A stretch of 64,000 nt of DNA, taken from the NCBI GenBank assembly GCA_965644315.1, contig CBFFRQ010000200.1, positions 30,429 through 94,428 on the forward strand. The letters are read 5' to 3'. Position 1 is the first letter of the stretch. Each line of letters opens with the position of its first letter. Shown one piece after another: positions 11,101 through 23,358 of this stretch. The translations under genes and the position numbers were made by a program. The notes beneath the pieces are model-generated. The model was not told the DNA's origin, did no database searches, and saw only the letters and a program-made list of their open reading frames with translations. The stretch is from Caecitellus pseudoparvulus. Taxonomy: Eukaryota > Protista > Bigyra: Bicosoecida.

Positions 11101-14100
11101 AGCGTGGCAGTGAAGAGGGCTGTGGCTGCAGTGCGACAGGCTGGCAGGGCGGTGGGGTTCGCGCTGGCCCGGGAGGTGGCATGGATGCTCTCCTGCACGG
11201 CGGCTTGCGAGGGCAGTGCAGGGGGTGCCACCCCCACCACGCCGTCCGCCAGGCCCAGGCCCCCTGCGATGGCGCCCAGGGCGGTGCGGGCCACGGCGAG
11301 GGAGAGGGGGGTGGGGGCGGGGAACCCTGCCGCCACAGCACCCTCTCCCGCACCGTCGTCGTCGCTGTCGGAGTCGCCCGTGGCGGAAGGGGGGGCCAGG
11401 GCGCCCAGGCCGGCGCCGAGCCATGCCAAGGCGTCGGCAGCTGCGACCTGCTGCGCGTACCCCGCGACGAGGAGCAGCACCGCCCCCGCCGCCTGGGGTG
11501 CACACCGCACGATGGACACGGCTCGCCCCACGGCCGCCTGGAACGCTTTCGACTGCACGGCAGACATGTGTGTGCGCCCTGAGGCGAAGGATGCGACAGA
11601 GGCCCCTCCGCTGGGCGCCTCCCCTTGGTCGCCCTCCGGCGTCGGCTCCCCCACGGCGGTGACGGCAGCCACCAGCACGGCCAGAGCCAGCGGCACGAGG
11701 GGTGCGCAGACAGCACCCAGTACTCGCTGCTGAGCGGCGAGGAGGGGCTGCAGGGCGTACAGCGTGTACCGGACAGGGTGTGGCATGGTGCCTGCGACGC
11801 TTGCGAGGTACCCGACTTCCTCAGCGCCCACGACACCAAGCGCGCCGAGGGCCACGGTGAGCGCGTGAAACACCGACGAAACGCTGCCTTCCAGACTCGC
11901 CTCAGCGGCCTCCTGCACGAGGGAAGCTGGGGACACTGCACCGCTGAGCATGCCCAGAGCAAGGGCTGTGGTGGTGGAGGAGGGTACGGTGGCGGTGGGT
12001 GCGACGAGGCCCATGACGACACTGGCCTCACTGGGCAGCACCCAGCCTGCGCCGGCCGAGGGCAGCGCAGCGGCAGCCGCCACCCACGAGTCAGGGGCAG
12101 CCTCCTGCTGGGCCTGGGAGGCTGCGAGGGATGCCAGTACGGCGTCGTGGGCGGGTGCGGCGTCTGCGGGCGGGGGTGGCCCGGCAGTGGTCAGGGCCAG
12201 GGGGTCCCCACTCGCGGCGCCGTACTGTGTGAGAACACGGAACACGGCTTGAAACGCAGCAGTGCGCACAGGTGCGGGGCGGGAGGGCGCCAGGAGGGCC
12301 AGGCTGGCGCTGAACGCATCAGCGGCGCCGCCCAGCCCCGCCCCCGCCAGCGTGGCCCAGCTGCTCAGGCGCCCCCCCACAGAGTAAGGCGGGTGCAGAC
12401 CCTGAGACGCCAGCACTGTGTGGCGGCGGGCCAGGGTGTCTGTGGCGGCGCCGTCAGGCAACATGGCGGAGGCAGCCCGCAGGACAGCTGCCTGCAGGGC
12501 GGGGGGCGCGTCGAGAAACGCAGCATACGCGGAGTCACTGCGCCCGCCGGCGCCGCCGCCTGGGCCCATGGTGAGGAGGGACGGCCACTGGAATCCCTGG
12601 CCCGCCGCCACCGCAGGCAGGGCCTGTGGCAGAGCGGCCAGTGCTGACGCCAGTGTGGCCAGGAGAGTGGCTGCGACGGGGGCAGGCAGGTCGCTGCCAC
12701 CGCCCCACTCAGCACCCCCCTCCGCCACCGGCTTGGTCATGAGTGCGTGCAACTCCTCAGCAGGTGGCATGGTGGTGCCAGGCGCTGCAGCCGCCAGCGC
12801 CTTGGCTGGTGCTGCTCGTGCGTTGAGCAGGGTGCTGAGGGGGGGCAGTGCCGCCGCCACGCCCTCCCGCAGCGCAGCTGTGAGCACCCCTGCCAAGGCA
12901 CTGGCGAGCTGGTGCTGCTGGGCCAAGGATAGTGGGGGGGTGGCACCCCCCCCTGCCCGTTCCGCTGCTGCTGCGACCGCCGCCGCCACACACTGCTCCG
13001 CGAGGGTGGTCGTGGCAGCTGCCACCTCTGCCGTGCGTTTCAGGATGCTGGCGATGAGCTGCAGCGTTGTGAAACGCACCAGGGGCACGGCGTGCAGGAC
13101 ACCCTTGGTGAGTGCCCCGCGTGCCGTGCCGCCTGGCAGGGTTATGGCGACGAGGCTGGTCGCTAAGCGACCTGCCACAGCGGCGAAGGAGGGGGGGGGC
13201 TGCAGCCCCCCCCCCTCCCCCGACGGCAGCACCACGCCGCCCAGGCGCAGGGCAGAGGAGACGGCGGATGGCAGGCGGCGGGTGGTGGCGGTGGGGCCCC
13301 GCTCTGTGGCGGGTGCGCAGTCCACGCCGCCCGCCACCTGCCGTGCCGCGGAGGTGATCGCGGCGAGCACCTCCCCGTTGGTGGCTGCGGTGAGGGTGCG
13401 GGGGGTGATGGGGGCGGCCATGAGGGAGAGGAGGAGGGCGGCGACGGACAACCACTTGTCCGAGTGCCGAGGTTCAACTGCAAGTGGGAACGACGACAGG
13501 AACGCCGGCAGCGCTGCCGGGTGTGCCACCAGGCTAGCCTTGAGCAGTTCGGCTTGCAGCGCGTCGTCTGCCGCCTTCAATTTCCGCAGCAACGCCACCA
13601 GCGCCGACCGCGCGGCGGGCGACACGGTCGCGTCGCTGGTCGCAGCGACCCCCGCCGCGCCGCCCAAGTTCGTCGTCGCGCGGCGCTTGTGGAAGATGCT
13701 GCCGGGAATGGCGGCCGTCGCGTCAGACGGCGTGTGGCTGATGGCTGCCGGCAGTGTGGAGGGGTGCAGGGGGGCGCCCCCCACCACGTGCCGAGTCAGA
13801 GCGTGCACGAGCGACCGCACCTCAACGGCTGCCGTGGCGTCGCCGCGGTACCGCGCCCCACGCACGCGCTGTGTCAAGACAATGGCCGGCGTCCAGAGAG
13901 TGGCCACAGCCCAGGCATGGCTGCCTGGGTGGGCTGGCGCGTCAGTGGACGTACCTGGGCTCAGCGTGGCATAGGCTGGTGCGTGCACGAGCATGTGTTT
14001 GTGTCGGTCGTAGGCTGACAGGAGCGGCGACAGCAGGCCGTGGCGCTGGGCTGTGCGTGTTCCGGCTGCGCTGGCAGTGGCGCCGGGGGCGATGGCGACC

Positions 14101-15284
14101 CCCCCCTTCCATCCCATGGCCAGCAGAGTGCGAGCGACGCCAGGCGACACACGGGGGTGGGCTGCGATGCAGTGCAGGAGAGTGGCGCACCACTCCTGGA
14201 TGGCGCTGGGGTCGTCGTGTTCCGTGTTCCCGCCGACGGCCGCGAGCAGGTCGCGTGCGCCGAGCACGGCGTGTGCGACGTCCCCAGCGCCGCTCGCCAG
14301 CAGGCGACACAGCAGCCGCACACACCACGCCCGCACATCGTCCCCGGGAGGACCCCCCCCCACACCCCCCGCTGCGACGGCCGCCTTGGCCTTGCGCCGT
14401 GTGAACTTGGACTTGGACTTGAGGCCGCGCAGGGAAGCTGAGGCGGCGGCACGGCCTGCCTTCACGCTGGCGTCGAAACGCCCTCGCATGCCGGCCATGG
14501 CCAGGAAGGCTGGGGCGGAGAGGGGCACCTTGGAGATGAGTTCGCGGGCCGTGGCGCCGTTCAAGGCGGCCAGGCCGGCCATGAGCTTGGTCGTCGCGCG
14601 AATGAGGTGCGGTGACGTGCTGGCGATGTTGCCAGACAGGCGGTCTGCGTGCTCGCGCAGCAGGCGCTTGGCCACGCCCACGGCAACCGGACGAGGGGAG
14701 TGCACGATGAGCAGGGACAGGAACTCCATCAGCGCAATGGCGAGCATGGACGTGCTTCTCTGCGGGGCAGGCGGCGCGGGGGGCAGCAGTGTGGCGGCGC
14801 TGGTGCTTGCTGCGCGCCGGAACAAAGACCGAAACTCCCGCGAAACGCACCCTCGGCACTCCCGACAGCTGTGTGAACACCTCTGCGCACTGTGGCGAGC
14901 TGCGAGTGTAGGACAGCAGCAGTCCCTTGCTTGGACGCAAGTCTGGCCGCCACAGCGACATGAGCGTGCTTGCGCTGCCGTCTGCGCCGCCAGTCGTGCC
15001 GGCCTCAGTCAGGCGCGCCGCGACAGCTTCCGCCACCTGCCCTTGAATCGTGTCGATAGCCTCCCACAGACCTGCAGCGGGCGCACAGGTGCGTGCAAAG
15101 ACAGGACAACAGCAGGCCCTCTTCGTGGGCACCCCTCACCATCTGCCACCTTCTCCGCTTCATCTGCGTTCAGCAAGGACTGCAGCTGGCCCAGGCTCAT
15201 GAAGTAGGTCTGGCCATCGCCCGCCTTCTGGCTATGGAAGGCGGCAGCCGCCGCCGTGCCGCTGGCTGCTCCCAGCTCCGCCAT
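5190..15284 (-). CDS. URB1: Nucleolar pre-ribosomal-associated protein 1 (URB1/Npa1)
   Basis: N-terminal Npa1-type motifs (LLSYTRSSPQCAEVF; STSPHLIRATTKLMAGLAALNGATARELI; DVRAWCVRLLCRLL) and C-terminal NopRA1-type region (YDPSYILP; FVSSGLLSLVTMFLSS; FRERTQVQLVLTVLRNS; MYEHVSKFLL; DVPMF; HRGWILRLL). ATG 15284; predicted introns 15139-15072 and 14850-14760. Confidence 0.88.
5203..5270 (-). repeat. 12-bp coding repeat encoding about five SAKK units at the URB1 C-terminus
   Basis: Translation ends SAKSAKKSAKKSAKKSAKKSAKKARKA; basic tail. Confidence 0.85.
6935..7001 (-). repeat. 12-bp coding tandem repeat (CGGAGTCTGAGC, about 5.5 copies) encoding SDSG units in URB1
   Basis: Directly visible; translation SDSGSDSGSDSGSDSGSDSGSDSDDDDD. 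Confidence 0.9.
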
Positions 15285-15583
15285 GGCGGCTCCTTCGTGG
15301 TATGCGTGCAGGCTTGTGGGGTGGCCCTCACCTGCTTGTGCTGGGGCCTGTCTGCGGCTGCGTGGGAATGTGAACAGGGCGGCGGAGTGCCACGCGCCTG
15401 CTATGTCGTCGGCACTCCCCATGACGGCACACTACCCGACGCACCACAACACAGCACATCCGTGGTGGCTCGTCGCTCCCCTCGCGCCCCGTCCCCGCAC
15501 GCAGACTTCCCTGCTCCCCCCCTCCGCACAGCAGTGCCTGCCGCCAGCGCACCTCGCCAGCCACGCACCACATGCTCACCGCC

Positions 15584-17257
15584 ATGGACAGCGTCCGGCG
15601 GTCTCTCGGGCGCCTGTTGGCGGTGGCTGGCCACACAGCCCCTGTCATTGCTGCTGCAGGGGCTGCAGGGCCCACCATCATCGTGCACGCGTGCGTGCCA
15701 GGCGCGAGTGCCGTGCGGATTTTGAACCTTCCCACGCACACCCACACCCCTTGCCCGGCATCACAGGGAGGACGGCGCCGTCACCACGCTGCCGGCCGAT
15801 GCGCCCTGTCGCGGCGTGTCCATGTGGGAGTACCCCGCCAACGCACCCTGCGAAGACCGGCATGTCGTCACCTCCACAGGCGGGTTGGTGTTTGCCGCTG
15901 TCATGGACGGTCACGGGGGGTGGCAGGCCAGCGAGTACGCCGTGCGTGCAGTGCAGACGGGCGCGAGGGCGCGCAGCACGGACGCGCCCTGGACACCCCC
16001 ACACCCCGCCCCGCCTCGCAGAAGAACCACCTGTGGACCAACATCCTGTCCGAGATGGGGGGGCGCACCCCCCCCAACAGCCCCCCCTCCCGCTCACCCT
16101 CTGCCTCCGAGGTGGCGGGCGCCCTGGTGCGGGGCTACGAGCGCACAGACAGGGGCTTCATGACCGCCATTCGTCCCGCCTTCGACGTGGGCTTCGGGGA
16201 GGTGGGGCGCGTCGGCTGCTGCGCCGTGTCCGTCGTCATCGCCTCCGACGTCCTCGTCGTGGCCAACGCAGGCGACTGCCGGGCCGTGCTGGGGTCCAAG
16301 GCTGCGCCAGGAGACGCACCGCCCTCCTCAGCCCCGTCCCAGACCCAACCGGAGCAGGGGTCGGGCAGTGACACGGCACACCCCCTGGCCACCGCGGGGG
16401 CACTGGTGGATCCCACCTCCCTGCCATCCACCCCTGCCGCCCTGGCAGCTGTGGGCTGGGCCGCCACGCCTCTGTCCCAGGACCACAACTCCCGCCTGGA
16501 GCGCGAACAGAGCCGCCTGCGCCGGGCGCACCCTGGCGAGGACGACATCGTGGTGTGCCGTTCCCCCACCTCCTGCTACGTCAAAGGGCGGCTGCAGCCG
16601 ACACGGGCGCTGGGGGACATGTACTTGAAGTACTCGGAGTTTAACGGCCGGGCGGGGACTCGCCTGTACGGCCGGCACGTGAAGGCCCCCTACACCCCCC
16701 CCTACATCACCGCCACGCCCCAGGTGCAGAGCCATGCCCTGCGCGGCGGCGAGGACGCCTTCCTGCTCCTGGCGTGTGACGGCATTTGGGACGTGTTCTC
16801 GAACGAAGAGGCGGTTGCCTTCGTCGCCAACGACACGGGCGACCCCTCTACCGTCTCGGAGCGACTCATCGCCGCCGTGCTGGCACGGGAGGCTGCCGCC
16901 AAGGGCCTCACTGTGGAGCAACTGCAGGCAGTGCGCCCAGGCCGTGTCCGGCGCAGCATGCACGACGACATGACGGCCATGGTGCTGTGGCTGGACACGC
17001 CAGCTGGGCGGGACATCGTCGCGCAACGCACGCCCAAGCAGGCAGAGGCCCAGGGGGGGGGGTCTTCCTGGTGGCCGTTTGGGGGCAAACCGGTGGCTGC
17101 CGAGGCAGAGCCGTCGCCTCAGGCAGCCGCCAACGCGACGGCCTCGGCAGTGGAGGCGGTGGCGGCGGCCTCGGGGGGTCTGCCAGTCTCCATCAGCTAC
17201 GTGGCGCCCCACCCCGTGTCAGGCGCGACGGAAGCGCCCCCTGCCGAGCGTGCCTGA
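15584..17257 (+). CDS. PP2C/PPM-family protein phosphatase (pyruvate dehydrogenase phosphatase-like), possibly mitochondrial
   Basis: ANAPCEDR, AAVMDGHGGWQAS, VANAGDCRAVLG, DHN, VKGRLQPTRALGD, LLLACDGIWD, HDDMT. Introns 15691-15766 and 15942-16021 restore one reading frame. Confidence 0.92.
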   Translation: MDSVRRSLGRLLAVAGHTAPVIAAAGAAGPTIIVHACVPGASAVRILNLPTHTHTPCPASQGGRRRHHAAGRCALSRRVHVGVPRQRTLRRPACRHLHRRVGVCRCHGRSRGVAGQRVRRACSADGREGAQHGRALDTPTPRPASQKNHLWTNILSEMGGRTPPNSPPSRSPSASEVAGALVRGYERTDRGFMTAIRPAFDVGFGEVGRVGCCAVSVVIASDVLVVANAGDCRAVLGSKAAPGDAPPSSAPSQTQPEQGSGSDTAHPLATAGALVDPTSLPSTPAALAAVGWAATPLSQDHNSRLEREQSRLRRAHPGEDDIVVCRSPTSCYVKGRLQPTRALGDMYLKYSEFNGRAGTRLYGRHVKAPYTPPYITATPQVQSHALRGGEDAFLLLACDGIWDVFSNEEAVAFVANDTGDPSTVSERLIAAVLAREAAAKGLTVEQLQAVRPGRVRRSMHDDMTAMVLWLDTPAGRDIVAQRTPKQAEAQGGGSSWWPFGGKPVAAEAEPSPQAAANATASAVEAVAAASGGLPVSISYVAPHPVSGATEAPPAERA

Positions 17258-17652
17258 GAGATTGGGCCATGGAAATGCACTGTCAGCTCGCGAGGGCGAG
17301 GGCGACATGCTTGGTCCTCTGAAGAATTGGCCTGTACAGGCTCTTTGCCTCAGTGCTGACCAGCTGAGTGACTTGCATCTTGCTCTTTCATCAGTCGGAC
17401 GCTTCAATCTATTTTACAGACCAGCGGTGCGCCAGACGACACCCATTTGCAAAACAAACACCCCACACAACAACACGACGGCATTCCCTACGAATGCACC
17501 CTAGACCCGAGCGGCCACCTCGCCCGTGCCGAGTGCCACTGCAGGCGATTCGGCCGCTGCTCCGACGCCGCCTGCGCCACCTCCGTCCCAAGCGCGCTCG
17601 CTCGCTCGCCTTTGCAGCGCAGCACGCGAACCAGCGGGGGAACCAAGCGAAG

Positions 17653-18987
17653 ATGGCTGCCGAAGCATTCTCCATCGCCGAAATCGGCGTCAAGAACACC
17701 TCGTACAAGCTGACACGGCCAGGTGAGTGGGGGTGGGACGTCGCGGCGACTGACTGTGCGCGGCCGACAGGCGACCGCTGCGTGCTGCCGCCGTCGTGCT
17801 GGGCGCCAGTGCGGGGAAGCCAGCATGCTGTGCTCACACATGGACTGCCCGTTTTTGCCACAGACCCCCACAACGCAGCCACCGGCTCGGCGCTAGACGC
17901 CACACGCATGGATGATCGCATGCGGCCAGGCCAGAACCCTGCCGGCGCCGCCAGTGATGCCGTGGACGGTGATGCGTTTTCCCACCACCGCAAGACGACA
18001 CGAGTGACACCCAAGAGTGCGTAGCCGCGGAGGCTGTGTGGGCATGGCTGCGGGGCGGCTGCGTCGGGCACTGGCTGCCGCGCGCGTTTCTGCGCTGAAC
18101 CTGCACCTCGCGCACCATCACGCTGCGCCCGCGCCCGACGCAGAGTTCCTGCGCAAGCACACAGGTACCGGCGGCCTGACAGACGTGGGTCTGGCACAGA
18201 AGGCGGCTGCAGCGCGCAGTGGCCACGGCGTGACGAGCAAGCCCAAACGGGCTGGTGCGTTCAAGAAGCGAGCCAACCCGCCCAACACTGAGTTTCGCCG
18301 TGCCTACGAGCGGGGAGACCTGCCCCTGTCCATCTTCCAGGCGGTGAAGAACCGCATTCTGTGGAAGAAGCCCGTCACACGGCTGGACTACCACCACTAC
18401 CTGCCGCTGTTTTTCGAGGGCCTCCGGGAGACAGAGGAGCCCTACCGCTTCATCGCCGAGGAGGGCGTGTACGACCTCCTGCACCACGGCGGCGCAGCCA
18501 AGATCCTGCCCGTCATCCCCCAGCTCATTCTGCCCATGAAGGACGCCCTGAACACGCGGGACGTCAGCGTCATGGTGCGCGTGCTGAAGGTGCTGCAGAC
18601 GCTGGTGGAGGCTGGGCCCATGATTGGCGAGGCCCTTGTCCCATACTACCGCCAGCTGCTGCCCGTCCTGAACATCTTCAAACAGAAGAATGGTGCGTGC
18701 ACCTGTCCTGCTCCGCCACGCGTGCCTGCCAACCCCACCTGTCCTGGCACCTTCCCCACAGTGAACTTGGGCAACGGCATCGAGTACGGCCAGCGCCGGC
18801 GGGAGAACGTCGGTGACCTCATCAACGAAACGCTGGAGAAGCTGGAGATGACTGGCGGTGAAGACGCGTACAGTGCGTGCCGCTGCCGCTGCTGGGAGCC
18901 CCCGGGCTTGCACCCCCGCCGCCCCACCTCCCTCCCACAGTCAACCTCAAGTACATGGTGCCAACGTACGAGTCAGTGTTTTTGTGA
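17653..18987 (+). CDS. PACRG: Parkin co-regulated gene protein (axonemal inner-junction protein)
   Basis: [91 protein letters not shown]. Introns 17723-17863, 18017-18143, 18693-18761, 18873-18940. Confidence 0.96.
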
Positions 18988-19138
18988 GGGTGCAGGTGTG
19001 TGCTCCGGCAGGGGCGCCCCGTCTCGCAATGCATGCTGCGGTGCAGGGGGCGAGTGCCGCCACTTTCCACGCATCAGCCTCCTCCTCACGCACTTGCTTG
19101 GCACTTGCACGGACGCAGCCTCCTCCAGCCGCGCCAAC

Positions 19139-19973
19139 ATGGCAGCTTCCCCGCCAGGCACGCCATGGCCGGCGGACATTGATCCCAGCACGTGGACCAG
19201 CGCCCCCGCCGCCAAGGGCGCCGGCACTGACGCTGTGAAGGAGACGGAGGCGTTCGTCAAGGCGGCCATGGCAGACAACGACGCCAGCCACGACTTTGCA
19301 CACATTGCACGGGTGCGCAACACAGCCCTGAAGCTGGCAGCCGAAGAGGGATACGATGAGAATGCTGATTTTCTGGAGATGGTGGAGCTGGCTGCCTTGC
19401 TGCACGATGTGAACGACTGGAAATATGCCAAGGAAGGTGCGTGGCGAATTCCGCAGCCACCCGCCGTTTGAAGGCCTGCACGCGCCGCCTCTGCACTGCA
19501 CAGGTGCGACGAAGGTCACCCCAGCCGAGTGGCTTGCAAGCATCTCCTTCCCTGCTGACAAGGCCGCCCTCATCGTGAACACCATTGACAGGATGGGCTT
19601 CAAAGAGAGCCTGGGCGGCGGGTCGACGGCTGGCTCAGACGACCCCCGCGCCAAGGCACTGCTGGAGGTGGTGCAGGACGCCGACCGCCTGGACGCAGTG
19701 GGCGCCATCGGCATCGCGCGGTGCCTGACGTATGGCGGCGCGAAACACCGTGCATTGTTCGACCCAGATGTGAAGCCGCTTGTGGGCTTGACCAAGGAGC
19801 AGTACATGGCCGCTGGCAAGAACGGCAACAGCGTGAACCACTTCTACGAGAAGCTGTTCACGCTGCAGGGGCGCATGAACACGGCGGCAGGCAAGGCGCT
19901 GGCAGCGGGCCGGCACGAGGTCATGGTGGCCTTCATCTGCACGTTGCTGGGAGAGTGGAGTGGGGCCCAGTGA
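19139..19973 (+). CDS. HD-domain metal-dependent phosphohydrolase (YpgQ-like)
   Basis: [46 protein letters not shown]. One intron 19437-19503. Confidence 0.92.
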
Positions 19974-19998
19974 GGGGGTGGTGGATCCCCCCTCCCGC

Positions 19999-20874
19999 TC
20001 ACTGCACGTACACCATCCACGCCACGACGAGGTAGAAGAGACAGACGGGGTACACCGCCAGCACCCTCCTGTCCTCTGGCACCAGGCTGCCCATGAATAC
20101 AACTGACGCACGGGTGCTCCAGACGTATGCCGCCACCACTGCGATGGTGCGCACGAGGGCATTGGCCACGAAGATGCTGACGAGGGAAGCCAGCACCAGG
20201 GGGAAGACGCAGTAGCCCAGGACGCAGACAGACTGGAAGAACGATCTGTGCGGGGGCGAGGTGTGCAGGGTGCGTGAGGTCGTCGGTGCCCCCCTCGTGC
20301 ACTGTGCAGTGTTGACTCACATGCTGCCACCGAGCAACTGTGCGTTCAGGCTCACCACCGCTGCGCCTGACCACACCAGCACGAAGACGGCGGCAAAGAC
20401 GAGGGACGTCTGGTCCACGCTGGCCGAGGCGGAGATAGAGATGGAGAGGGCCAGGCACAGCAGTAGGGGTCCCCCTGTGTCGAGCAGTGGCAGGGCGGGC
20501 CGGTGCGCGGGCGGGGCAGAGCCGCACAGGGCCACAGGCTACGCACACAAGTCCCAGTCCCGCAACGCCTTGAGGGTGTCTTGACTGCCGCCCTTGGGCA
20601 GCAGCACATGCCACAGCTTTGTCCCCACCATGCGCAGGTCCCGCATCTGTGCGTGGCGAGGCGACGTGGTGCCAAGTGGCGTTTTCCGCAACCCGCTCAA
20701 GGCACGCACGAAGGTCGCCGAGACCGGCTCGTCCAGCGTCATGAGCTGGTCGTTGTGTGCGCCAGCAACACTGTCCACAGTGGCAGGCCGCATGGTGCCT
20801 TCCACATTGGGTGGCGGCGGGGGGGACGCCTGTGGCGCCGAGGCTGCCGCTGGCTGCGGCGTGCTCCCAGACAT
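19999..20874 (-). CDS. YIPF6: Yip1-domain Golgi membrane protein (YIPF6/Yip4-like)
   Basis: Spliced product: TLDEPVSATF|MRDLRMVGTKLWHVLLP..LRDWDL|WGPLLLCLALS..FVLVWSGAAVVSLNAQLLGG|SFFQSVCVLGYCVFPL..RRVLAVYPVCLFY. Three introns. Confidence 0.9.
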
Positions 20875-21023
20875 GTCCAGCTCGGGGGCCAACGCGTGGG
20901 GTGTGGAGGCACAAGAGCCTGCCTGAGCAACAGGCAAGGATCACACGCACACACACATGCGCACAGGGCAGTCACGTTGACTTGTTTTTGCATTTACCCC
21001 GCGGGCGCTCGTGTGCCGGCATG

Positions 21024-23093
21024 TCACGGGGACAGGTGCGGCGCTGGCACAGGTGTGTAGGAGGGGGAGTGAGAGCGGCGAGCAGCCTGGCGCCGCCACA
21101 GCACCAGCAACACCAACAACCCCACCACCACCACTGCACTGGCGCCTATACCCACCGACACACCCTGCGTGTGCACAGACGCCGCCGCCTGCACTGCTCG
21201 GCGCAGCTCGGCAGCATCCGCCTCCCGAGCCACATGTGGCACAGGGGAGGGCGGCAGGGCCAGGGTGGGGTTGCCCGCCACCCGCTCAGCCGTGGCCACT
21301 GCTGCCTTCATGTACGAGTTCTCAGCAGCAGGGGGTGGCGTGGCCGTCACCGCCTCCCCCCGAGCCAGGGCCAGCAGCGCAGGCCCGTACACACTCTCCA
21401 CCTCCTGCATGGCAGCCGCCTCCTCCTCCGCATGCCAGTTCTGCGGCGTCTCCCACCACCGCTGGGGCTGCACGGCACTCTTCCAGTCCGGCGGCCGCTG
21501 GTCCTCTGGCGTCAGGCAGATGCCCAGGCTCTCCAGGTCCGCCAGCGCCGTGGGGCTGGTACCTGACCTGCAGTTGCACTGGTAGTTGTCTGTGAGGGAC
21601 ACGATCCAATGCACCCAGTAGGAAGGGATGTACAACACTTCGCCTTGCCGCAGCACCGTCTCCAGCCCTCGCCCTGCCGCATAGTCGGCACATGACTCCA
21701 GACCGGGCGTGTACAGTGTGCGCAGGTCCGACCCATCATACCCGACATGGCGGGCGGAGGGGCCGTCAGGCATGATGGCCAGGTGCTTGCACTCACTGGG
21801 GGGGGTCAGGATGTACCGCTTGGCCCCCCCCAGCATGGCCACGTAGTTCAGGTGGCCGTCCCAATGCGCCTCGGCAATGGTGCCTGCCGTGCCGAAGCGG
21901 CAGTGCAAGCCTCGGATGTCCCCTCGGTTGGACAAGAACAAGTCTGTGGCGGGGTTGTGTTCCTTGCTGCGGAACAGGTGGATGTCCTGTCCGGGGGGTT
22001 TCTGCCCGTCGTCGTGGTCGTCCCCGAACTCCAGGTAGGCACGGGGGTACCACTGGGCGGCGTTGACGTCGGTGGCGTTCAGGGGCCACCACCACCAGGG
22101 CCATTCCCCGCCACCCTTGCCATCCGCTGGCGCCGCGGCAGTCGTGCCTGTGGACCGGTGCAGGAGCGTCAGCGCAGCGCCGAAATACGGCCGCAGGGGG
22201 TGGTCAGGCAGCGCCGCCGCCGCCTCGGCAATGGTGCCCGGCACAGTGCCTGCGGGCGTCCGGGCACGGGAGATTTCGTTGGCAGCCCGCTCCACGCGCG
22301 ATCTCAACTCGACGTTGTTCTGCACCCACTGCCCGAAGGTCATGCTGGACTTGATGGGGGGTGGGTGCCGGTAGGTGTACCCCTTGGCACGGGCCTCCGC
22401 CTCACCCTTGGTGCGCGTAGCAGGGCGTTGGGCGGGCTGCAGATTGTCGTCTTCCTCGTGGCCCAGGTTCTGCACGGCGCCTCGCACGACGGCATTCCAC
22501 TCCTCCCGGTTTCGAATCTCGTCACGGCCCCGCCCCCGGTAGTACATGAGGTGGTTGGCGTGGGAAGAGGTGGCGCCGTATGCCGTGTCCCCGAAACGCC
22601 GCAGCAGGCTGTCGGTGTCTGCCCACTTGTCCACCACCTCCAGCATGTTGGGCGTGTTCACGACGACGAAGGGCAGCTCCAGCTGCCGCAGCTTCAGCGC
22701 CCGCGCGTACTGCTCAGGGTCCTGGAAGTCCAGGTGCTCCAGCGTGTCAAACATGCGCCCGCCGTCAGGAGGCAGGTCAGTCACGTCAGGGTTCCACCGA
22801 GTCAGCATGCGCTGTGGCAGGGGGCAGCCAAGTGGTCAGGGCGGCGTGCTTGCCTCGGCGCTTGCTGGCGTTTCGCACACATCAGTGAAACGTCGCCTCC
22901 TCGCACGCACCTTCAGAGGGAACATGCGGGGGTAATTTTCGCGCATCTCCTTCAGAGTTTCACCTTTGGCCTTGGGTGTCTGAGATGCGACCCGCTTGTA
23001 CGCTGGCAGCTCCTTCGGGTCCAAGGCTGCTCCGCCGTGCCTCGGCAGCGTGCACAGAAGCGCCGCCAGCGCCACCCCGGCACCGAGCCGCAT
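21024..23093 (-). CDS. JmjC-domain (cupin) 2-oxoglutarate/Fe(II) oxygenase with signal peptide and C-terminal TM helix
   Basis: MRLGAGVALAALLCTL signal-like start; intron 22910-22812; CRFG..AEAHWDGHLNYVAMLGGAKRYILTPP, LRQGEVLYIPSYWVHWIVSL (HxD...H triad intact); TM SAVVVVGLLVLLVLWRR. Confidence 0.85.
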
Positions 23094-23358
23094 GGCGCAA
23101 AGGGGGTGAGCAGCGAAAACCTGACAACACCAGAACTGTAACCACCCAGCCTGAGCTTCCTGTATGTGTTGGGCTCGATCGTTGTGGCTGGAGGGCGGAT
23201 CTGCCTGGCCTGCCGCGCAGTGGAGTGCTCGCCCCACAATCCAGCCTCACGGACCCCAAACGAAGGCCGGCCACAGAGTGCCAGCAACTCCGACAGGACC
23301 ACCTCATCCCCCTTCTTACCTGCTGCATTCACTTCCCGGCTTCCTGCTTGCGCCAGGC

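Noticed and set aside
5190-14825. Many 200-500 aa plus-strand ORFs opposite URB1 (and likewise opposite DEPDC5)
   Set aside because: Expected antisense shadows in high-GC coding DNA; no family motifs.
18017-19471. Apparent PACRG-HD fusion in the 484-aa ORF
   Set aside because: Read-through of introns and the intergenic gap; spliced PACRG ends at TGA 18987, followed by AATGCA, and the HD gene has its own ATG at 19139.
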